Positions 52,288 through 64,000 of a DNA stretch of 64,000 nucleotides are shown piece after piece. Under the pieces are notes generated by a model. It ran no database searches and was not told the origin of the DNA. It saw only the letters and a program-made list of their open reading frames with translations. The stretch is taken from positions 26,784,001 to 26,848,000 of the forward strand of contig NC_042998.1 in NCBI RefSeq assembly GCF_006345805.1, in the 5' to 3' direction. The DNA is from Octopus sinensis. Taxonomy: Eukaryota. Within the stretch, counting starts at the first letter, position 1. Each line of letters begins with the position of its first letter. The position numbers and the translations under genes were made by a program.

Positions 52288-54052
52288 ATCATCATCATCA
52301 TCATCATCATTTAGCGTCCGTTTTCCATGCTAGCATGGGTTGGACGGTTCAACTGGGGTCTGGGGAGCCCGAAGGCTGCACCAGGCCAGTCAGATCTGGC
52401 AGTGTTTCTACAGCTGGATGCCCTTCCTAACGCCAACCACTCCGAGAGTGTAGTGGGTGATTTTATGTGCCACCGACACAGGTGCCAGACGAGGCTGGCG
52501 AACGGCCACGCTCGGATGGTGTTTTTATGTGCCACCGACACAGGTGCCAGACGAGGCTGGCAGACGGCCACGCTCGGATGGTGTTTTTTTATGTGCCACC
52601 GACACAGGTGCCAGATGAGGCTGGCAGGTGCCAGACGAGGCTGGCAGACGGCCACGCTCGGATGGTGTTTTTATGTGCCACCGACACAGGTGCCAGATGA
52701 GGCTGGCGGACGGCCACGATCGGATGGTGTTTGTTACGTCCCCAAAGCACGGAGGCCAGTCTATGCGGTACTGGCTACGGCCACGTTCGGATGATTTTCT
52801 TGTGTGCCACCGGCACTGGTACCACAAAGATACAAATTCCATTTATGTTCATCTATTTTGATTTGTTTTGATTTGATTTGATTTTCACTTGCCTCAACAG
52901 GTCTTCACAAGTGTCACTTGCCTCAACAGGTCTTCACAAGTGTCACTTGCCTCAACAGGTCTTCACAAGTGTCACAAGAAGGAAGGTATGCACAGGTGGA
53001 CTGTCTACGTCGCCGGGTCTTCGGATGGTGTCTTTATGTGCCACCGACACAGGTGCCAGATGTGGCTGGCGAACGGCCACGATCGGATGGTTTTCTTGTG
53101 TGCCACCGGTACTGGAACCACAAAGATACAAATTCCATTGATGTTCATCTATTTTGATTTGGTTTGATTTTCACTTGCCTCAACAGGTCTTCACAAGTGT
53201 CACGCGTGTCACACACTTGCCTCAACAGGTCTCCACAAGTGTCACACACTTGCCTCTGCCTCAACAGGTCTTCACAAGTGTCACACACTTGCCTCTGCCT
53301 CAACAGGTCTTCACAAGTGTCATAAGAGGGAAGGTATGCACAGGTGGACTGACTACGTCGCCGGGTCTTTGGATGGTGTTTTTATGTGCCACCGACACAG
53401 GTGCCAGGTGAGGCTGGCGAATGGCCACGATCAGATGGTGTTTGTTGTGCCCACAGCACGGAGGCCAGTCGATGCGGTACCAGCTACGGCCACTTCGGAT
53501 GGTTTTCTTGTGTGCCACCGGTACTGGAACCACAAAGATACAAATTCCATTGATATTCATCTATTTTGATTTGGTTTGATTTTCACTTGCCTCAACAGGT
53601 CTTCACAAGTGTCACACACTTGCCTCAACAGGTCTTCACAAGTGTCATAAGAGGGAAGGTATGCACAGGTGGACTGACTACGTCGCCGGGTCTTCGGATG
53701 GTGTCTTTATGTGCCACCGGCACAGGTGCCAGATGAGGCTGGCGAACGGCCACGATCGGATGGTGTTTGTTGTGCCCACAGCACGGAGGCCAGTCGATGC
53801 GGTACTGGTTACGGCCACGTTTGGGTGGTTTTCTTGTGTGCCACCGGCACTGGTACCACAAAGAATACAATTCCACTGATGTTCATCTATTTTGATTTGT
53901 TTTGATTTGATTTGATTTTCACTTGCCTCAACAGGTCTTCATAAGTGTCACAAGAAGGAAGGTATGCACAGGACTGACTACGTCCCAGGTCGGGGCCACG
54001 GGTTATGGCCTGACTAGTCTTGCCGGGTCTTCTCATGCACAGCATACTTCCA
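52288..54052 (-). mobile_element. RTE 3' end expanded into a three-level tandem array
   Basis: (CAT)n tail; ~62-bp units; 29-bp units; four higher-order copies (marker at 52821, 53117, 53529, 53855); ends in RTE ORF-end sequence. Confidence 0.9.
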
Positions 54053-54072
54053 TATATATATATATATATATA

Positions 54073-54452
54073 GCCGCAGGAGTGGCTGTGTGGTAAGTAG
54101 CTTGTCTACCAACCACATGGTTCCGGGTTCAGTCCCACTGCATGGCATCTTGGGCAAGTGTCTTCTGCTATAGCCCCGGGCCAACCAATGCCTTGTGAGT
54201 GGATTTGGTAGACGGAAACTGAAAGAAGCCCGTCGTGTATGTATATATATATATGTGTGTGTGTGTGTTTGTGTCTGTGTTTGTCCCCCCAACAATGCTT
54301 GACAACCGATGCTGGTATGTTTACGTTCGGCAAAAGAGACCAATAGAATAAGTACTAGGCTTATAAAGAATAAGTCCTGGGGTCGATTTGCTCGACTAAA
54401 AGGCGGTGCTCCAGCATGGCCGCAGTCAAATGACTGAAACAAGTAAAAGAGT
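54073..54452 (+). mobile_element. SINE family A, young-looking
   Basis: complete head and tail, CpGs retained. Confidence 0.9.
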
Positions 54453-54459
54453 AATATTT

Positions 54460-54733
54460 ATATGGAAAAAAGAGTCAAGGTAGAAAATGCTAAAATAATG
54501 CTAACAACGACCTTGAACACACAAGAGTAAACAAGAGAGGCAGAAACAAAGAAAATTCCACTTGTATTTGAACACTATGCAAGTATTCTTTTAAAAAATT
54601 CTTCTTTTAATTTTTCCAAAATTTAATTATTTTCCATACTTACAGTTGAAAAAGTCTGAATGACTGAAACTGGTACTGAAATGCTTTTTATAAAATTATT
54701 TTAGCATTTTCTACCTTGACTTTTTTTCCATAT
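54460..54733. mobile_element. small fold-back element, about 40-bp inverted arms (54460-54499, 54695-54733)
   Basis: atatggaaaaaa(ga)gtcaaggtagaaaatgctaaaataat and its reverse complement; internal gtctgaatgactgaaactggtac hammerhead-like remnant. Confidence 0.6.
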
Positions 54734-54764
54734 ATATCAACTCGTGTGTTCCTTTTCAAACTCC

Positions 54765-54814
<50 letters not shown>

Positions 54815-54816
<2 letters not shown>

Positions 54817-55300
54817 AACTTCATTCTCCCCTCTGGAATCAAAGGACATCTACAAAGCTCTTCTCCAGCAGTGTTGAATCATATACCCTATTTCCAGCTT
54901 ATATAAAGAATGCCCCCATTCTATGGAGGCAAATGAGTGAATCTTGAAGTTGAAACAACTACTGGGGTTTATCTCTGTTAAGTTTTTAACATTGCTGCTC
55001 CTGTTTTGGCAAGTAAACTTGAACCCTTCTCTGAATGCCAAGATATTGCTTCTTTCATGATCGTTGTTCTACTGAACTTTCTTCCCTCATTCATACTCTC
55101 AAAGTTACTAATCAAATGCCTCATCTTTCTAATAAATCCTCATTGATTTATTGTTGTTGACCCTCTTGTAAAAAGTCTCTACTCCAGTCACTTTCTTTCC
55201 TTCAACATGTGTTTTATGAAATTCTCATGTTTCCATGAGAGATACAACCTTAATTCTTGCGTTGATCATTTCCTCATTTTATGGCAGTTTCTCATTAGAC
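54815..55300 (-). pseudogene. possible highly decayed Tc1-like transposase N-terminal fragment
   Basis: pieces such as RIKVVSLME and CLHRMG in broken frames; many stops. Confidence 0.25.
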
Positions 55301-58174
55301 ATTGTTTTGCTTTTCTTTTGCATCTCTTAACAAAACAAGCGGTCGCTTGAGGCCTCTTCATTGGCTGTTTATATGCCGTATTGTTGGGGAGTGACTTCCA
55401 ATAGAAAAAAAATGAAAAAAGCCCTGTTGATATCTATACCATTTTCCACAATCTTCAGAAAGCTCCTGTCTTATCGTCAATATAGTTTTCACTCCAGATA
55501 ATTGACAGTTGACACAGAATTCAGTATTCACCGACAGCGGAGGAATGTATAGAACAAATTTAATCCTAGAGTAGTTATATACAATTTAAAACACAGAAAT
55601 ACACTCCATTACAGAATACTTGTCCTATTGATGGGATTGTGCAATGATTGACAAAAGACCAAAGTATTAGCATCCTGAAAGTGGAAAACACCAGACTGTC
55701 AAACTGTCACTTAACCATAGACATTAGTCTTACCTAATTGCCATGTTGTCTTCTCCCATCAATGGCACATCCTCATACAAGCACCGTTGTACCCATCTAT
55801 ACTCACTTAGAATCTGCCCTAAGCAATAAACACACTCATTTCAGATGTTTCTCACTGGAATTCTACAGGATATGTGCTGCCATCAATTTCTAACTACAGT
55901 TTTCTTGAAACCATATTAAATTGATTACTCCAGCTTCTTTTCATCTTCCATTCCCATATAACCGAAACATGATAGACTATAATTATTGTGTTTTGTGTTG
56001 TAGACAAAGGAAAATATAAAAAGCAATAATACAGCAACCAAATAATGAACTCAATACATTTTATAGAGAATTTTATTTATTTTGGTTGGAAAATAGAAAT
56101 GGTTACTTTGAGCATTTCACCTTGTAAGCTTTTTAAACTGTAAAAAGAATGGAGATGAATTTTTTTTCAGATGCAGGAAATTATGGGTCTTAGAATAGTG
56201 GGACATATACACACTACTTTTATACACAGAAAACACCATATATATATATATAAAAAGATAAATAAAAAAAGACTAATAAAATATAAATACTGATTATCTG
56301 AAACTCCATAATTATATTCCCATATGTTTTATAATATACTGCAATATAAAGCTGGCTGCCTTGTATATCATGTGTATATATATATATAATTTGAGCCTGG
56401 GTATCATTGCATGCCCTATCAACTATGAACTAAAACTATACCCCTTTCTTGATATTTTTTTAAAAGTTGCTTAATATGTAAGGAATATCAAAGTTAAATT
56501 ACAATTAATGCACCAAAACATCACAGAAGAAACTAAATAACATTTTCTCTCTTGCTTGTTGGTTGTAGAGGAATGATATCTATACTTTTCATTTAATTAC
56601 ATGATATACAATATATTTATTTGACTTTGTTCCTCTTTTGCTCTCTCTCTCTCTCTTTATTTATTTATTTCTCAGTAGTAGAAACTATCTTTTCTCTTTT
56701 TTGCTCTCTTCATAACAGTGTATATTCCATTGTCACTCCTATTTTTCTCCAGCTAGTTTTTCAATCCCTATTCCTAGCTACACTCCCTCTTTGTCTTTCC
56801 CTTCAGACCCCCTACACACACACACACACACAGTTTTTTCCTAGAACATCTGAGCACATGATATATGATAAATAAGAGGTTCAATATAAAAATTATTCAA
56901 TTATTTGAATATAGCTGTACAAATTTCGAAGAGATTGTTTTTATAACATTTTCTTTTCTAAACTCCAAATATATTTCGAAAGATTTAAAATTTATGTAAA
57001 AATAAGCTTCTGAATATCTGAAATATCAAACTTTTGTTCATAAAAAAAAAAAATTAAAAAAGCTTGGGGAATGTGATTTATTCAAATATGGGTCCTTAAA
57101 CAGCACAGTAACATGTATCGATCAGATCAAAATGCCATGGAGCTAAAAGGAAAACTTATGATAAACAGTAAATAAAAATCCAAACAATTGATGGAATGTA
57201 TTGATATTTTGTATTGAGTTGTTCCAAGTACTAATACCAAATATTCAGCTATAGAAGTTATTGACACTTTGTATAATGTTCTTCTTCCACATAGTGATAG
57301 TCTAGTACCATTGTAAAAGCAATATCTGATAAATCAGTATTTTTCAAACCATTTTTGGTCATAAGCCTTTGCAACAAATATATTTTTCTATGATCTGGGC
57401 AAGGTAGATTGTCAGATATTGAAAATTTTAGAATATCATATAAATGTAGTTGTCACTGATAAAAAAATAAGAAGAAAAATAAAAAAAAATTCTATAAAAA
57501 TAGTTTAAAACGCAAATCTTTTATAACATGATGTAAGCTTCGAAATTTACACTATCTCGCTAAAGTAAGCCAAGAATAACATTTAGAATTTCGTATACTT
57601 ATTTATGTTTCTCGTAATATGATTTGAAAATAGCTTTTTACTGTATTTGAAAAAACACAGAATATTTTAAAACTTCACTACAATATGCTACTGACCAAAA
57701 GATATAATCAGATAAAAATTCTCAACCCAATTCTTATTATAATGACTTTCCTTAATAATTAGATTGTTACTATGATACAGTACCTAACATATGTCAGTCA
57801 CTTATGACTTAGAGCTTCTCTCTCTCTCTCTTTCTCCTGTTGCTCTTTTCTATGTCAAAAGGTATTCATGAAATGCTTTCATGATAATAACAAATGATTG
57901 TGTGAGTTCATTCTGGTAGCTATTGGCTATACATGAGACACACATGCTCATCTCAGCACAGTGGGAATAAACAAACTAGGAACATCAGAATGTTTTAAGT
58001 AACTACAACCAACAAAATATAAACTGTGTCTAGAAAATGTGTGGAGAGTCTTTGACGGTTCTCATCCACTTATGATTGTGAGCAAAAAATTTTAAGCTTT
58101 CTGAAATGTAACATTAAATTAAATTAATTTCTTACATAAGCACAAACCCAGAAATTTGGGTGGAATAGTTGATT

Positions 58175-58580
58175 ATAGGTGCAGGAGTGGCTGTGTGGTA
58201 AGTAGCTTGCTTGCCAACCACATGGTTCCGGGTTCAGTTCCACTGCGTGGCACCTTGGGCAAGTGTCTTCTACTATAGCCTTGGGCCGACCAAAGCCTTG
58301 TGAGTGGATTTGGTAGACGGAAACTGAAAGAAGGCCGCCATATGTATGTATATATATATATGTATGTGAGTGTATATGTTTGTGTGTCTGTGTTTGTCCC
58401 ACTACCATCGCTTGACAACTGATGATGGTGTGCTTACGCCCCCGTAACTTAGCGGTTTGGCAAAAGAGACTGATAGAATAAGTACTAGGCTTCCAAAGAA
58501 TAAGTCCTGGGGTTGATTTGCTTGACTAAAGGCAGTGCTCCAGCATGGCCATAGTCAAATGACTGAAACAAGTAAAAGAG
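58175..58580 (+). mobile_element. SINE family A
   Basis: complete head and tail motifs. Confidence 0.9.
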
Positions 58581-58696
58581 ATATTAACTCCAGAACTATT
58601 TAATTGACCTTAGAAAGATGAATGGAAAAGACTACCATGGCAGGAAATTGACTCATTCAATTAAACGGCAAACCCTGTCCATCATCTTTTCTATAG

Positions 58697-58797
58697 TATC
58701 CAACCATTTTCACCGTATTTACACAGAAAATGCCAAAACTGCAAGAGATGAGGAAGTGGTACATTGGTGCTAAAAGCTTGAGAACTATTATTCTAAG
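58697..58797 (+). CDS. weak candidate exon
   Basis: catcttttctatag|...AAG|gtatac; open YPTIFTVFTQKMPKLQEMRKWYIGAKSLRTIILR; no homologue recognised. Confidence 0.18.
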
Positions 58798-59047
58798 GTA
58801 TACACATCCTCTAACATATTTCAAATGCGACTCCTTAATGTAAAATGAAGAACTGGACATAAATAATGGGTTGTGGGAGTAACTGTTCCTACAGCTATAT
58901 TAAATAGTTCCATGGACTCAACAGCCATTTAAATGGTCAAACACATTCTCCATAAAGCTACACAATACCCAGAAAATTATTTATACCCATTTAATGTTAC
59001 TTTGTTTGTACCAACTATATAGCAGTATAGTATGATAGTTATCCATC

Positions 59048-59300
59048 ACCATTATCATTTAACGTCTGTTTTCCATGCTGTCATGGGTTAGACAGCTTGA
59101 CAGGAAACAGCCAGCTGAAGAGCTGCTTTGACTCCATTCTGTCTGTTTTGGCATGGTTTCTACAGTTGGATGCCCTTCCTAACATCAGCCACTTTACAGA
59201 GTGTACTGGGATGCTTTTTATGTGGCACTGGCACCAATGCTTCATATGTAGCACCAGCACAAGTGCTTTTTCCATGACACTAGCACCAGTGCTTTCTACA
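59048..59300 (-). mobile_element. RTE 3' end, diverged
   Basis: tttaacgtctgttttccatgctg...ggatgcccttcctaac. Confidence 0.75.
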
Positions 59301-59452
59301 TAGCATCCATATCTTTTGGAAACAACAGCACAAGTAATCTTAAATGTTTCACTCCCAGAACAAGGCCTGTTAACCACAGATAGAACCTGGCATCATTTTA
59401 AACTCTAGCTTCACATTTTGCTCATTTTGCTTTTATCTCTGTTATATCATCA

Positions 59453-59796
59453 GCGAGTGAAGGCACATGGCTCAGTGGTTAGAATGTCGAGCTTATGATC
59501 GTGAAGTTGTGAGTTCAATTCTCGGAATGGGCTGCATGTTGTGTTCTTGAGCAAGACACTTTATTTCACGTTGCTCCATTTTAACTCAGCTGTAGAAATG
59601 AGTTGTGACATCACTGGTGCCAAGCTGTATCGGCCCCTTTGCCTTTCCCTTGGATAACATCAGTGGTGTGGAGAGGAGAGGCCAGTATGCATTGGAGAAC
59701 TGCTGGCCTTCCACAAACATCCTTGCCCGGACTTGTACCTCGGAGGGTAACTTTCTAGGTGCAATCCCATGGTCATTCATGACCAAAGAGGGTCTC
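59453..59796 (+). mobile_element. tRNA-derived SINE with a CORE-like segment
   Basis: A box tggctcagtggttag, B box gagttcaattc, then gttgtgttcttgagcaagacacttta. Confidence 0.72.
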
Positions 59797-62399
59797 CCAT
59801 TATCAGTGACAATATATGGTGTGTGTGTATGTAACAATGTATCACAGTATAACCGTATAACAATAAATGATGTAACAAGAATTGGTTATCTTCTTGTAAC
59901 CATTCACACAATAATAATCCAATACTCCAGTGCAGAATCAATAATGAGACTAATGCTCTCACAGTTCGACCTCAACTATCTACTGGCTCATTCTATTTAT
60001 AAAACTCATCCAGTCCACTGACAGCCACGTGTGGGGATGTCAGTTCACTCCAAAACAATCTCGTAGGCACTACAGATACCTTCTGGTGTACAACTTTGAA
60101 TTCAAAAACAGTTTCTTTTCCAAATCAGAGGAGCCAGAGCTCATAACATGTTACAGGGACTCCAAGACTGAAGGAAGGGAGAAAGAAAGGTATTCCTGAA
60201 TGGGAAACTTGATCCCTATCCTTGCAGCAGAGTGAGCCCTGCTAAGGCACTCATGATACCAAGTGGTGGTATTAAACCAAGCAACGGGTTAAATCTATTA
60301 TCGAAGAAGGGTATGGCAAGATTTGAACTCAGAATGCACCAGGGGTGGAACAAATACCCCAAGGTACCGAGTTCACTATTATTATATATCTACCAATCCA
60401 CTGCCTCGGATTAGTACTTTTAATCAACACCCAAAAAGATGAAAGAGAAAGTTACCCCATTGATGGGATTTTGTATATACAAGGACATCTGTTTGTTCTC
60501 ATATGTCCAAACATATTTGTGCTCTTGTTGTAATTATTATATCATTGCAATATTTACTAATGTATTAAATGTCCTTATTGTCATTTGAGAAATTTTAATT
60601 GTTGTTCCAGCAACTTCAGCTGCAAGAACTTTCCATTGTATTATATTTCTATACAAATTCAATAAGTTGAATTGAATTGCGATTTATAATGAGGCTGTGA
60701 ATGTGAATGAATACATGCCAAAAACGGACACTCACCACTGACTGATTCTTTAATTTAATGAAATACCAAAGCATGGTAAAGTACTGGAGATTTGCCTTAA
60801 GTGGTCACTGTCTGACCTTTTAAACACTTGATGACTTAGAATTACAGAAAGAGACAGTTGAGTCCTTTTTTTTTTGTATTTATTTTTATCTTTTTCAGTA
60901 ATTAATGAGTGAAATGTAACATCTATAGATTTTCCCCACATTCATAGTCAAGGAGACACATACAATATAATAGGGTTAACATGGTTAGTTTTTCAATTTA
61001 AATGATTATAGATTAGTAGTTGCGAAGGAAAAAGTAGACAAAGAGGAATTTCCAGAAGGATAAAGTTCTGGGAAGTGAACAATGTTTAGGATGTGAGTGA
61101 GTAGGCATGGGTACTCTGGGAAATTACCCAGGTACCCCATGGATTTAAAAGCTTAATCCTAACCCATGTATGCTGTAGTTGAACATCTTGAAACCTCAGT
61201 GCAATGCTTTGCACTGACACCTTTTAATGCTTTTAAGACAGCCTTGTTAATAGGTAAAAACACAGTGAAATCTTGTACTAAAATAAATACCAGGAATAAA
61301 ATAAATAAAATAGGAAATTCTAAACAATAGAGATATCACAAAATGAAGTTTCTCGTGGCAATAAAAATTGAAACAAATTTAATTTGATGTTTTATTTACT
61401 GAATGGAAGTGACTGAGAATGACTGTTTGTTTTTTATAATTTCCAGACAGTGAGGGTATTTATTGATATACTCTTTATTTACTGTTTTATTCAGAGAATT
61501 GTGGCAAGACAAGTATCAATAAACAAACTGATGACCAAGGTAAAGTATGACTACTGTTGGAATAAAATATTAACATACAAATATCTATTAATGGAAACAG
61601 ATTAGCAAAAAATAAAAAATAAAAACTGTTTTCCATCATCTTAGTCTACAATACATGTGTTGGAAACTGAGTTGTAAAGAAGAGAATTGAGTGAAATTGT
61701 AAATGTTAATATGTTCTTCAGGGAGTAAATATATTCAAATCAGAATCAGTGACAGATGAGAGAGAGAGAGAAAGAGAGAGATGGTGGGGAAATGGGATTT
61801 TCATAGCACAAGAGTCAACATAATAAATATACTCTAAATAGATCGTTGAAGTAAAAATCCAGCCACAATCTATATACATTAATCTGTCATTTTTTTTTTT
61901 TCCCCTTCCTCTCTGCACTTAATAACTTGGTTTTATACTGATCCTAAAATAACATTTCATTCTGATGATGATTAAAGTACTGCTGATCTATTCCTACAGG
62001 AATTATTACATATGTGTGTGTGTGTGTGTGTGTGTGTGGCTGAGGGAAGGGTGGGTGGGGGTAAAGAAATCAGTTACTTTTATATGATGTATTAACCAAT
62101 GACTGAAATTTGCATGTGTGTTGATAAGTAGAGTCTATCTGAGCTTAGTTTTTCTTTTTTTTTCTTTTTCTTTTTAAAGCACCTGATCAACAATTTCTTC
62201 ATTGAAAAATCATACAGCAATGACATTCTTATCTGATAAATAGAACATTATCCTACCACAAATAGACTTTAAAAATTAGTCTAAGTCTTTCAATATCTAT
62301 TATTGATACTGGTAAATTTGTTGCAAAAAAAATAAGAGAAAAAATGTGATAATTTTAAGAAAAAATTATTATTATTAATTAACCTGATTAAAGCTTTTA

Positions 62400-62509
62400 T
62401 ATCATATACACACATATATATATATACATATATATATACACACATACATATATATTTATATATATATATATATATATACATACATATATATTTATATATA
62501 TATACATAC

Positions 62510-62563
<54 letters not shown>

Positions 62564-62683
62564 CATACATATATATTTAAAATAATAGTTATCACCATAC
62601 TAATATGGCGATAACTATTATTTTCCGGGAACGCTGCCGCTGTTCTCTTTTAGAGAGACTTAGTAATTTTAATATTTCTATCA

Positions 62684-62722
<39 letters not shown>

Positions 62723-62745
62723 CATATATATTTATATATATATAC

Positions 62746-62776
<31 letters not shown>

Positions 62777-62853
62777 AACACACACACACACACACATATA
62801 TATATGTATATATATATATATAATATATATATATATATATACACACACACTAT

Positions 62854-62894
<41 letters not shown>

Positions 62895-62895
62895 A
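62400..62895. repeat. (TA)n/(CA)n tracts flanking a ~100-bp insert with a 19-bp hairpin
   Basis: direct reading; hairpin 62581-62622. Confidence 0.9.
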
Positions 62896-63639
62896 TTCAT
62901 TATGATCATTAAAAGAAAATGTGAGTGTAAATTCAACTCAGATATTTAATGTAATAATCTGATCCAGTATTAAATACATCAATGAAATTTCCTCCATTTT
63001 CAGTGCTATCAAGCTATACTTTTGCACATACTATATATAGAACACTGTAATAGATATGCCAAATTGTTTCATACATATGTGATTTTAAAAGAGAAAAGTA
63101 GAAGGAGAGTGAAAAAGGAATTGCTCGATTGCTCTACAAGTTTTGTTTTTAGTTCATACGCAACAGCAACAGCAGCAGCCTAAGAACATTTTTTTTTTTA
63201 AATTCAATCAATAAGACAGTATCTGTACAATTGAGCATAAATTTTTTTTAAATAAAAGTAACAAAAAAAAAAAAAAAAAAGAAGCATGAAATCTAACTCA
63301 TTCTTATCTTGGCTGCTGAACTTATACAGAGTAACATTTTATTTTATTTTATTTAATTTTATTTTATTTAGAAAAAAAAATTTTTTTTTTTTTTTTGATA
63401 GGTATTTTTCTTTTATTAAACTTTGTTGCTCTTTCTTCATTCTTTGTTGTATTAATCAGCAAGTATTCAACACATTTTTTTTTTCACGGCAACTATATAG
63501 TATATATCTTAAGGGGACTGCAATTGTTTTCTTTTATGTTCATTACATATAAATGTGCCTACACTGTGTATACATCCTTGTTACATACACATACATAGCT
63601 ACACACACACATATATATATACAAATATATATACATACA

Positions 63640-63715
<76 letters not shown>

Positions 63716-64000
63716 CATATATATGTCCATGTATATATGTATATATGTATGAGTATATAACCTCTTGAACAAAGGTTGTAGGGAACTTTCAAAATTGAAC
63801 TTTACCACTAACCTCACAACCACTATCAAATTATTCCCATTAAGATGGAGTTAAATGAAAAGAGGGGAAAAAAACTGACTCATATTTCATTTTGCATTTA
63901 AAACAAAAAAAAAACAATGATAAAAACCAACAAAATTTTAGCTTTGTACTTCCTATAAAAGTATCACTATTGTTACAATCATTAATTCTCTTTTCCTATT

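Noticed and set aside
52327-53905. Multiple ORFs up to 155 aa with MCHRHRCQ repeats
   Set aside because: Products of the GC-rich RTE UTR tandem array
63251-63280. AATAAA followed by an 18-nt A run as a retrocopy tail
   Set aside because: Only about 6 nt between signal and A run, no TSD or upstream ORF; A/T runs are common here

Overview
AT-rich, repeat-dense eukaryotic DNA. The repeat families (tRNA-derived SINEs, RTE LINE 3' ends with (ATG/CAT)n tails, TTAA-flanked MITEs, very long (TA)n/(CATA)n tracts) resemble those of octopus/coleoid cephalopod genomes; this is recognition from sequence style, not a database result. No intact protein-coding gene could be named. Nearly all ORFs in the supplied track are microsatellite or transposon artefacts, and only a few weak candidate exons remain, so the window is probably intronic or intergenic. 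Supported content: many SINEs; RTE LINE fragments with recognisable endonuclease and RT-flanking motifs; an RLE-type LINE 3' end; a decayed triple C2H2 zinc-finger tail nested in a hAT MITE; mariner, hAT and piggyBac-like MITEs; and Penelope-like remnants carrying hammerhead-ribozyme cores and fold-back palindromes. The most unusual object is a 2.85-kb non-coding structure at 26441-29290. It has about 4.4 near-identical ~489-bp units head-to-tail, a slipped (AAATTTAAA)n hinge, then about 1.25 units in inverted orientation, and sits inside a (TA)n tract that also hosts other insertions. Other recurring themes are minisatellites and higher-order arrays built from RTE 3' ends, and short local templated duplications next to mobile-element remnants. 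Coordinates of degenerate repeats are approximate and were read by eye.
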